Shown here one piece after another: positions 22,267-33,500 of a stretch of 64,000 nt of DNA. A model generated the notes under the pieces. It saw nothing but the letters and a program-made list of their open reading frames with translations. It was not told the origin of the DNA and made no database searches. Source of the DNA: Macrostomum lignano. Lineage: Eukaryota. How positions within the stretch are numbered: the first letter of the stretch is position 1; each line of letters starts with the position of its first letter. The stretch lies in assembly GCA_002269645.1 (NCBI GenBank), contig NIVC01001961.1, forward strand, positions 9,641 to 73,640, in the 5' to 3' direction. Position numbers and translations under genes: made by a program.

Positions 22267-25200
22267 AAAAAATCTTGCTTGTTTGCTTGCTGCCTTGCTT
22301 GCTTGTACGCAGGTCTAAACCATTTTTGTTGAAATAGTTCTGATATACAGAAGGCCATTGGCCATGACTATCCAACATGAAAAAGTGACTTTTTTTACAT
22401 TTCTACTTTTAAGCCATAATAGCCATCTCTATAGTCAATCTATTAAATCAATATAAGAATAAAAGTAAACAATTTTAATTTTTTATACAAAAGCATTTGA
22501 ACAATGTCAATATGCCACTTTTAGTTTTTAGATTGACTAAAGCAAAATAATAGTCTTATTGAGCTTTTTAAAATTGATTTAACCATTCTAATTGTAAGTA
22601 GACCTGGCATTCTACACTTATTGCACAAAAAAGTTCAAAGCCCCAAGGCCTAGCTTTATTTTTTTTACCTATCTAGATATTATATAAAGTGCAAGTCACC
22701 TTAAGGTGTTTTAATATTGACTAAGCCTATTTTTGTTAGGCTATAAATTTTAGTTCTTTTCACATTTTCCTTATTTTTTATCCCTTGTCTATAGGCCTAT
22801 AATGCTTTCATATATTATTTCCTATTTATTTGATAGGTTTTATCCTAGACTAGGCCCTATTTGGCCTAAGCCTAGTAATTTATAATATATAGAGTTTTCA
22901 TAGGCCTATTTTATCAATCAAATATACAGATAATAGACCTTATAGGTTGAAATGTGTTGGTTTTTTGTAATCAACATTGATTTTAATTCGAATTCATTGG
23001 GATATGGATAGGTGTCTATCTGGTGTAGAAAAGGGGATATCTATTATCTATTATAACTAGGCCTAATATTCTGCCATAGGGGGGTCCATATACTGTAGCC
23101 ATAAGCACAACTATGGCTTCTTTCAATTCTCCATATTTCATAGCCATTGGGACCCCAATATTACCATTTTCCCATAGTTATAGTTTTAACAAAAAGTCTA
23201 AGAAAAAAAATAGTTTGAATCAAGAGGATAACTTAGAACTTAAACTATTACAAATAAAGATAAACTCAAACTAACACTCAACTGCCTTTTGTACAATTAC
23301 ATTTTAATCTAGCTACTAAAAAGTACCACTATTAAACTTTTTAACATTGATAAAAAATTTGCTAGTTTTATTGTACTATATTAGTTATAATTTTTAAGTT
23401 TTTGAATCTATGATATAATTTATACTAAGTATCTTAGTTTTATTTTACCTTTTAATATTTTTTTCAATTTATAATTACAACTACAAGAATCTATAAAATG
23501 TGACTGCAATTATTATATTTCCATAGCTATAGCTATAAGAACACCTATCTACCATAGGCTATCCTTGGTATCTGTAGCTGCTAGAAGCACCTAGTTCTAC
23601 TATATATGCCATAGGATCCCTTAGCCATGGATTATAGTCATTTTAGTGACAAGAAAAATATTCTTTGGTAATAGCCATTTCATTTTTAAATAGTAAAATT
23701 ACTTGCAAATCTTAAGGGAAATCAAACCTTAACTTTTTAATTATTTTCTGCAATGGTTGAATATTGCTTTATTTAATTTTGTTTATTTACAATTCCAGAG
23801 TTATGATCTTTTTGAATTTATGTTTTCCAATCTAAATCCAATTATGTTTAATGAATAATGAAAATCTCTGCTTTTTTCATAGTCAGCATTTCATGAGGAT
23901 TCTTTATAGTTTATGGATCAAGGCCTATGTGTTTGAATATGAATATTATGCCTACAAGACAATTCAAAATGATTGACATAGAAAGAAAACCATTAGTTTG
24001 GTTTTTTTAATTATATATACTAGGCTTAATCTTTTGATTTGATGGAAATTTTCAAATATGAATAAAATATAAATCTTAAAAAAATAATTACTTGAATGTT
24101 AAAATTAAAAAATCCACACATTTCTTTTGTGAAAATTTAAATTTATGTTTTTTTCATAGAACTCATTTTTAGTATTTGCAGTTTTTATTGCATTCTATTT
24201 GTTCTTTGGAAATTGGATTGGGGTTTTATATGCATTGTCAAATTGATTCAAATTGTTAGTTATTAAGATAATATTTGCACCTGTAAACTAAAAAAAATAC
24301 AGTAAAAATTTGGCAGGAATTTGATTTTTTTTCAAAGAAAACCATCTGGACTATTATACTTGTAAGTTGATTTTAAAGAAAAAAACAGAACTGTTTCTCA
24401 AGAACAGGATTAAACAAATGTAACTTCACTACATTTATATTCAGTTGATAAAAAATATTAATTATTTTCTAATTTGTAGTTTTTAATTTGTTAAGTTGAA
24501 AATCATAAGGTGCAACAAGTGAAGATTGTTTTGTGCATTATAAAAAATTGCATAGTTCTATTGGACATGCCAAATACAATAATTTCATCCTGTCTTATGA
24601 CTTTCTTTGCTGCCTCCCCAGTGGGAGATAATAAGATTGCTAGTGATCTCATAAAGGGCCAATGCAACCCCCAGGGCACAGAGAGTGTACAGTCTGACAA
24701 TTAGGTCAGGACTGATGTACACCCTGTGTGAGCTTGTGTATGAGCGCATGCCTGCATACAGTATTGACATCTTGTATGTGTTCAGGAGTCAGTGGAATTT
24801 GCGTGCAAGCTACTTTCAGTTCAGTAGTGAGTTAAACAGAAGCATTTTAATGTTATTTTTTAAGCCATGGCTCATTTATGGCTCTTACCTCCCCTAACTT
24901 AAATGCACCTCCAACTGCCCCTTTTCACACTACCCCCATCGCACCCCAATTTTTATTGCCTTTCTGAGAGTTCCAGCCTAAAGCTGCCATGTACATTTTA
25001 GTGGATGGGCTAATGTACATTACTGCTGAACCAATTAGCAAGATGTTTACATCTGCAAACTTATCAAAGTCATTTTAGCCACCTTTATTTTCATAAAATA
25101 GCTTATGTATTCTTCTTTGCTACTGAACTGTAAGTAGAAAGCTGTTTTACTAAGCATATATGCCTGAGTAGCCCATCGAGTCCTTTTAGAATCTGTGGAG

Positions 25201-25279
25201 TGCTCACAGCTTTCATTTGTAATAATATTATATTTATTTAAACAGCATTTCCAAACGAATTTGTTTCCAGCAGGGCAAC

Positions 25280-28200
25280 ATGAAGGCGCCTAAAAAGCAG
25301 TCAAAGCAGCAACAGAAGAAGAACAAGCAGTTGAAAACAAAGAAGCAGTCGGATGAAAGCCAGGAAAATGGGCACAGTGCAGAGGTAGCTGCCGAGGACA
25401 CTGAGAAGCCTGAGGCTGAGCAGCAGCCTGGCGACCGCAGCCTGGAGCAGTTCGACCTTCCAGACTCTGTGCTGCATCAGTTGCGAGAGCGCGGCATTAC
25501 CGGCCTGTTTCCAGTGCAGCAGCAGTCGTTTGATCACGTGATGTCCGGTCACGATCTCATTGTGCAGTCGCGCACCGGCACAGGAAAGACGCTGGCCTTC
25601 GGGCTGCCCATTGTCCTTCAGCTGCTGAAGCAGCAGGACAAGCGGGCTGGCAAAGCCGGGGTGAGAAAATTTTTATTGAGCTCTCTGGCTTCTTTATCGA
25701 CAGCAACGCTTGACAGCTCAAGAACTTCTTGTCAGCTCAATCTCACATCGTTAAGAATGTCTTGTCAGAACTTTCAATCTCACATCGTTGAGAACTTCTT
25801 GTCAGCTCAATCTCACATCGTTAAGAATGTCTTGTCAGAACTTTCAATCTCACATCGTTGAGAACTTCTTGTCAGCTCAATCTCACATCGTTGAGAATGT
25901 TTTGTCACCTCAATCTCACATTGTCAAGAACTTCTTGTCAGCACAATCTCACATCGTTGAGAACTTCTTGTCAGCTCAATCTCACATCGTTGAGAATGTT
26001 TTGTCAGTTCAATCTCACATTGTCAAGAACTTCTTGTCAGCACAATCTCACATCGTCAAGAACTTCTTGTCAGCTCAATCTCACATCGTCAAGAACTTCT
26101 TGTCAGCTCAATCTCACATCGTCAAGAACTTCTTGTCAGCTCAATCTCACATCGTTAAGAACTTCTTGTCAGCTCAATCTCACATCGTTAAGAACTTCTT
26201 GTCAGCTCAATCTCACATCGTCAAGAACTTCTTGTCAGCACAATCTCACATCGTCAAGAACTTCTTGTCAGCACAATCTCACATCGTCAAGAACTTCTTG
26301 TCAGCTCAATCTCACATCGTCAAGAACTTCTTGTCAGCTCAATCTCACATCGTTAAGAACTTCTTGTCAGCTCAATCTCACATCGTTAAGAACTTCTTGT
26401 CAGCACAATCTCACATCGTCAAGAACTTCTTGTCAGCACAATCTCACATCGTCAAGAACTTCTTGTCAGCTCAATCTCACATTGTTAACCTCCTTACTTT
26501 GCCATTCAGACGCCAGCCAAGCGGCGGTCCCCGAATCGAGCCCCGCGCGTTCTCATCCTGGCGCCGACCCGCGAGCTGGCCAAGCAGATCTCTGACGATC
26601 TGACGGCCACCTGCCCGCCGGACAGCGGCCTGGTAGTGCTGCCGGTCTACGGTGGCGTGCCGTACGAGAAGCACCGCTCGGCCCTGGCCGCCGGGTCGGA
26701 CATTGTGGTTGGCACGCCCGGCCGCGTACAGGACCTGGTCGAGCAGGGCTGCCTGCGGATGGACAGAATCCGCCGGGTGGTGCTGGATGAAGTCGATAGG
26801 ATGCTGGATATGGGATTCCGCGACTCGGTTGATCAGCTGATCAAGCGGCTGTACAGCGGCGGCGAGGAAGATGCTGGCCAAGAGGAGAAGAAGAGGCCGC
26901 AGACTCTGCTGTTCTCGGCTACGCTGCCCTCCTGGGTGAGTTAGTCCTGAGTTCGAATCTTTCTCTGATTCTTATTAGTACAATTTCGGATTCTCGATCT
27001 CAAATTCTTAAGATCCTAACCTTGGAGATCTCTAATCCAATATATATGATTCCTTAAATCCCAAGTATGATATCCCAGATCCCAATTCCACTATCCCAGA
27101 TCTCGTTTGCCTAGATCCCAAATCTGGTACCCCAGATCCCAGTTCCTAGATCCCAAATCTGATATCCCAGATCCCAGATCTCATTTGCCTGGATCCCAAA
27201 TCTGATATCCCAGATCCCAGATCTCATTTGCCTGGATCCCAAATCTGATATCCCAGATCCCAGATCTCATTTGCCTGGATCCCAAATCTGATATCCCATA
27301 TCCCAGATCTCATTTGCCTAGTTCCCAAATCTGCGATCCGAGATCCCAGTTCCTAGATCCCAAATCTGATATCCCAGATCTCATTTGCCTGCATCCCAAA
27401 GCTGCGATCCGAGATCCCAGTTCCTAGATCCCAAATCTGATATCCCATATCCCAGATCTCACTTGCCTAGTTCCCAAATCTGCGATCCGAGATCCCAGTT
27501 CCTAGATCCCAAATCTGATATCCCAGATCTCATTTGCCTGCATCCCAAAGCTGCGATCCGAGATCCCAGTTCCTAGATCCCAAATCTGATATCCCATATC
27601 CCAGATCTCACTTGCCTAGTTCCCAAATCTGCGATCCGAGATCCCAGTTCCTAGATCCCAAATCTGATATCCCATATCCCAGATCTCATTTGCCTAGTTC
27701 CCAAAGCTGCGATCCGAGATCCCAAGTGCATAAATCAAACTAGCAAATGCATAAATCCCCATGCAGGTCGAAGAGACCTCTGCCAAGTACCTGGACCCGG
27801 ACAACCTGGTCCGCCTGGACCTGGTCACCGGTGACGGCCAGGGCCGGGCCGCCCAGACCGTCGAGCACCTCGCCATCCTGTCGCCGTTCGCCTCGCGCAG
27901 CGCGGCCATCGCCGACGTGATCCGAGTGAGGTGCGGCGGCCCGCAGGCCCGCTGCATCGTGTTCTGCGAGCGCAAGCGCGACGCCGACGAGCTGGCCTCG
28001 CACGCGGCGATGTCCGGCGACTGTCACGTCCTGCACGGCGACATTCCGCAGGACAAGCGCGAATTGGTGCTGCAAAAATTTCGCGACGGCAAATACCGAG
28101 TGCTGGTGACCACCGATGTGGCCGCCCGCGGCCTGGACATCCCGCATGTTGACCTGGTGATCCTGTGCCACCCGCCCAAGGACACCGAGTCCTACATCCA

Positions 28201-28739
28201 CCGGGCTGGCAGGACCGGCCGAGCCGGCAGGTCCGGCGCCGCCGTCACCTTCTACACCGTCAAGGAGGAGACCGAACTGAAGAGGGTCGAACGGCAGGCT
28301 GGCATCAGGTGCGAATTCTGCAGATGGGGATTTCTGGGATTGGGATATAATTGAATCAGGAGCAGCTAATCACGCCTTCCCCTTTCCCCGACATCCCGCC
28401 CAGATTCAAGCGCATCGGCGCGCCCACAACCGCGGATTTGGTCAAAGCGGCCGGCCGGCACTCGCTGGAGCAGCTGCAGGCGGTGCAGGATCCCACCATC
28501 CAGCTGCTGGCCGAGGAGGCCTCCGAGCTCATCGCCGCCATGGGCGCCGAGCGAGCCGTGGCTGCCGCACTGGCGCTGCTCAGCGGCAAAACTGAAATTG
28601 TTGGCCGCAGCCTCCTGTCTGCCAGGGAGGGCTTCACCGCCTTCGTGCTGCACACTGAGGCTGAGACTGTGAGTCTATCTGTCTGCCTGTCTGTCTGCCT
28701 GTCTGTCTGCCTGTCTGTCTGTCTGTCTGCCTGTCTGCC

Positions 28740-28792
<53 letters not shown>

Positions 28793-29079
28793 GCCTGTCT
28801 GTCTGTCATCCTGTCTGTCTGTCTGCCTGTCTGTCTGTCTGTCTGTCTGTCTGCCTGTCTGTCTGTCTGTCTGTCTGCCTGTCTGCCTGTCTGTCTGCCT
28901 GTCTGCCTGTCTGTCTGTCTGTCTGTCTGCCTGTCTGTCTGTCTGCCTGTCTGTCTGTCTGTCTGTCTGCCTGTCTGCCTGTCTGTCTGTCTGTCTGTCT
29001 GCCTGTCTGTCTGTCTGTCTGTCTGTCTGCCTGTCTGCCTGTCTGTCTGTCTGCCTGTCTGTCTGTCTGCCTGTCTGCC

Positions 29080-29119
<40 letters not shown>

Positions 29120-29630
29120 CCTCATCCCCTGCACAATCACACCTCACCGACCCGCCCAGGTTCGCGGCAAAGGCTATTTATTCGGCGCCCTTCGCCGCTG
29201 CCTGGACCCCGAGCAGGTGGAGAAGGTGCAGTACGTGACCTTCAGCAAGGATCGCAAATCGCTGCTATTCGACCTGCCATCGAACATGGAGGACATCGTC
29301 GAGAAGCGCTGGACTGACGGCCGCTACGACCGGCTTGAGAAGCTCACCGAGCTGCCCGAACTCGAAGAAGTGGAGCGGCCGCCCCATTCTGGATTTGACA
29401 ACTCGCGCAACGGCTACCGAAATGGCAGCGGCGGCGGCAACTTCAGAGGCGGTGGCGGCAACTTCAGAGGAGGCGGCAACTTCAGAGGAGGCGGCAACTT
29501 CAGAGGAGGCGGCGGCGGCAACTTCAGAGGCGGCGGCGGCGGTTTCAGAAACAGTTTCGGCGGCAACAACAAGCGCCAATGGGGCGGCGGTGGAGGCGGA
29601 GGGCCTGATGCCAAGCGGGCCAGGACTTGA
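25280..29630 (+). CDS. DDX21: Nucleolar DEAD-box RNA helicase DDX21/DDX50-like, ~694 aa
   Basis: Exons 25280-25660, 26510-26935, 27767-28308, 28404-28668 and 29160-29630 sum to 2085 nt, in frame. Motifs: LFPVQ, SRTGTGKT, PTRELA, TPGR, DEVD, SAT, HGDIPQ, TDVAARGLD, HRAGRTGRAG, a GUCT-like region and a C-terminal FRGGG repeat. Confidence 0.93.
25715..26480. repeat. 33 bp minisatellite in DDX21 intron 1
   Basis: Unit tgtcagctcaatctcacatcgtcaagaacttct; source of the SAQSHIVKNFL ORF artefact. Confidence 0.97.
27060..27722. repeat. Composite ~43 bp minisatellite in DDX21 intron 2
   Basis: cccagatctcatttgcct...cccaaatctgatat units. Confidence 0.94.
28672..29118. repeat. (TCTG/CCTG)n microsatellite in DDX21 intron 4
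   Basis: Starts immediately after the gtgag donor. Confidence 0.98.
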
Positions 29631-29904
29631 GTAGCGGCTCGAGTAGAAAAGTTTTATCGATGCATTTTTTAAAAAATGAATATCTAAGTGTGCCCTCAGT
29701 TTTAAATAATTGTTGAGCTGCATCGCGTTTTTTTCTGTTGCACTTTGCTGCAATCCAGGGTTGCTCTGAATGAGAACATAGGCTGCTAATGATGACTGAG
29801 AAATCTGCTTTGCGTCTTCGCAGTAACAAGCCGACCAGTTTTTCTTTTGTGAAACATTTTTTCTGCTTGAGACTTTCTTCTTTTTCTTTGAGGCCTTTCT
29901 CTTT

Positions 29905-30440
29905 CACTGGAAATCGCCCTCTCCCTCACTGGAAATCGCCCCGCCCCCTAATTGGGAATCGCCCCCCCCTGACTGGAAATCGCCCTCTCCCTCACTGGAA
30001 ATCGCCCCGCCCCCACAAGCTGGGAATCGCCCCCCTAACTGGGAATCGCCCTCTCCCTAACTGGGAATCGCCTTCTCCGTAACTGGGAATCGCCCTCTCC
30101 CTAACTGGGAATCGCCCTCTCCCTCACTGGAAATTGCCCTCTCCCTCACTGGGAATCGCCCTCTCCCTCGCTGGAAATCGCCCTCTCCCTCACTGGGAAT
30201 CGCCCTCTCCCTCGCTGGAAATCGCCCTCTCCCTCGCTGGAAATCGCCCTCTCCCTCACTGGGAATCGCCCTCTCCCTCGCTGGAAATCGCCCTCTCCCT
30301 CACTGGAAATCGCCCTCTCCCTCACTGGAAATCGCCCTCTCCCTAACTACGAATCGCCCCCCCCCTACTGGAAAGCGCCCTCTCCCTCTAACTGGGAGTT
30401 GAGAATCACCCTCAACCTAATCGAGAGTCGCCCTCAACAA
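29905..30440. repeat. 22 bp minisatellite between DDX21 and NEMF
   Basis: Unit ggaaatcgccctctccctcact. Confidence 0.95.
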
Positions 30441-30537
30441 TTTCAGCCATGGACTGAGTTGGGTATTCAACCCCACATCGCACTGCCAACAGTTTCAAAC
30501 CCGCCTGTTTCTACTCACTTCGTAGTAAGCAACTGAA

Positions 30538-33500
30538 ATGAAGGCTCGCTTCACCACTCTGGACATTGTGGCCGTCGTGGCCGAGATCTCACAGAGCTGC
30601 ATTGGTCTGCGAGTGTCCAACGTCTACGACATCAATAATAAGACCTACTTGATTCGGCTGAGCAAGCCCGATCACAAGGTGAGAGCGATGGTCGTGATTT
30701 TGGTTTTCGAGCATGTTTAATTTAAATTTGGAATTATTTTCTCTTTTAGAAATTACCCCTATGTATAAAGAACATTGTTGCTTTCAGGAATGTCGCCTTA
30801 TAACCTTACAGAAGTCGCCTTCGAATGTTTAGGAATCGCGATCTTCAGAAATCGCCCTCTAATCTTTAAGGATCGCCTTCTTATCTTTAGGAATCGCCCT
30901 TTGATATTTAGGAATCGCCCTTTGATCTTTAGGAATCGCCCTTTGATCTTTAGGAATCGCCCTCTAATCTTTAGGAGTCGCCCTCTTAATATTTAGGAAC
31001 CGCCCTTTAATCTTTGGGAATCGCCTTTAATCTTTAGGAATCGCCTCGGAATCTTTATTAATCGCCCTCTAATCTTTAAGAATCGCCCTGTGATCTTTAG
31101 AAATCGCCCACTTATCTTTAGAAATCGCCCTCTTATCTTTAGGAATCGTCCTCTAATCTTTAGGAATCGCCTTCGACTCTTTGGAATCGCCCTCTTATCT
31201 TTTGGAATCGCCCTATTATCTTTTGGAATCGCCCTCTTATCTTTAGGAGCCGCCCTCTAATCTTTAGGAATCGCCTTTTTATCTTTAGGAATCGCCCTCT
31301 AATCTTTATAAATCGCCTTCCCTCACGCATGCCAACCGTGACTCGCCTGTCCCCAGGTGACCCTGCTATTCGAGTCGGGCATCCGGCTGCACATCACGGA
31401 CTTTGACTGGCCGAAGAACATCACGCCCAGCGGTTTCTCAATGAAGCTGCGCAAGCACATCAAGAACAAGCGGCTGGAGCAGATCCAGCTGGTTGGCATC
31501 GATCGCATTGTTCGGCTGCAGTTCGGCACGGGCGAATGGACTTTCCACCTCATTGTGGAGCTGTACGATAAGGGCAACGCCCTGCTCACTGATCACCAGT
31601 TCACCATCGTGCACCTGCTCAGGCCGAGGACAGACGCGGCAGACCAGACCAAGATCGTCACCAGCGAGACCTACCAGCTGGACAAGGCCAGGCAGGCCTG
31701 CGACTGGAGCCTGGCCGCAATCGCCCCGGTTTGCTATGCAGCCGCCACTCAGAAAGGCCAGCTGGCCAGGTCCCTCACCGGCCTGTTCCCCTACGGAGGT
31801 CCCCTGCTCGATCACTGCCTCCGCGTCGCGTCCGGCCAGTCGCTGAAGTCGCTGGAGTCGCAGCTGACGCCCGACTCAGTGGAAGCCGCGGCCGCTGCCG
31901 CCTTGGCCGCCTTCGAGCTGGGCGAGACGATTGTGGCCAGCCTGCGCGACCGGCCTGACGACTCTGTGCGAGCCTGCGTCACCACCAAGCCGCGCGAGGT
32001 CTCCTCCGTAGCGACGGGTTCCGCTGCGTCTGGCACAGCGCCTGCGGCGGCCTCGGTAGATCCGTACAGCGGACTGGACTTTCTGGAGTTTCACCCTATG
32101 GAGCTGGTGCAGACTGAGGGCAAGGACAAGATCCGCTTTCACAGCTTCAATAAGGTGGGCTGGAGCGCGCCTTGCTCAGATTCATATGCTATGCCCCATA
32201 CCCCAATACCATCCTAAAGTCCCATAACCCAATACCATCCTAAAGTCCCATACCCCAATACCATCCCCGAACCCCATACCCCAGTACCATCCTAAAGTCC
32301 CATAACCCAATACCATCCTAAAGTCCCATACCCCAATACCATCCCCGAATCCCATACCCCAATACCATCCCCGAGCCCCATACCCCAATACCATCCCCGA
32401 ACCCCATACCCCAATACCATCCCCGAACCCCATACCCCAATACCATCCCCGAATCCCATACCCCAATACCATCCCCGAGCCCCATACCCCAATACCATCC
32501 CCGAACCCCATACCCCAATACCATCCCCGAACCCCATACCCCAATACCATCCCCGAATCCCATACCCCAATACCATCCTAAATTCCCATACCCCAATACC
32601 ATCCACGAACCCCATACCCAATACCATCCCAAAGTCCCATACCCCAATACCATCCCCGAATCCCATACCCCCAATACCATCCCCGAATCCCATACCCCAA
32701 TACCATCCCCGAATCCCATACCCCCAATACCATCCCCGAACCCCATACCCCAATACCATCCTTGAATCCCATACCCCAATACCATCCCCGAATCCCATAC
32801 CCCAATACCATCCCCGAATCCCATACCCCCAATACCATCCCCGAACCCCATACCCCAATACCATCCCCGAACCCCATACCCCAATACCATCCCCGAATTC
32901 CATACCCCAATACCATCCCCGAATCCCATACCCCAATACCATTCCCGAATCCCATACCCCCAATACCATCCCCGAACCCCATACCCCAATACCATCCCGA
33001 ACCCCATACCCCAGTACCATCCTAAAGTCCCATAACCCAATACCATCCTAAAGTCCCATACCCCAATACCATCCCCGAATCCCATACCCCAATACCATCC
33101 CCGAGCCCCATACCCCAATACCATCCCCGAACCCCATACCCCAATACCATCCCGAACCCCATACCCCAATACCATCCCGAATCCCATACCCCAATACCAT
33201 CCCCGAGCCCCATACCCCAATACCATCCCCGAACCCCATACCCCAATACCATCCCCGAACCCCATACCCCAATACCATCCCCGAATCCCATACCCCAATA
33301 CCATCCTAAATTCCCATACCCCAATACCATCCACGAACCCCATACCCCAATACCATCCCAAAGTCCCATACCCCAATACCATCCCCGAATCCCATACCCC
33401 CAATACCATCCCCGAATCCCATACCCCAATACCATCCCCGAATCCCATACCCCCAATACCATCCCCGAACCCCATACCCCAATACCATCCCCGAACCCCA

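Noticed and set aside
24500-24900. Short ORFs in a moderately GC, CpG-poor segment
   Set aside because: No recognisable motif and stops in the longer frames; possibly a decayed TE but unsupported.
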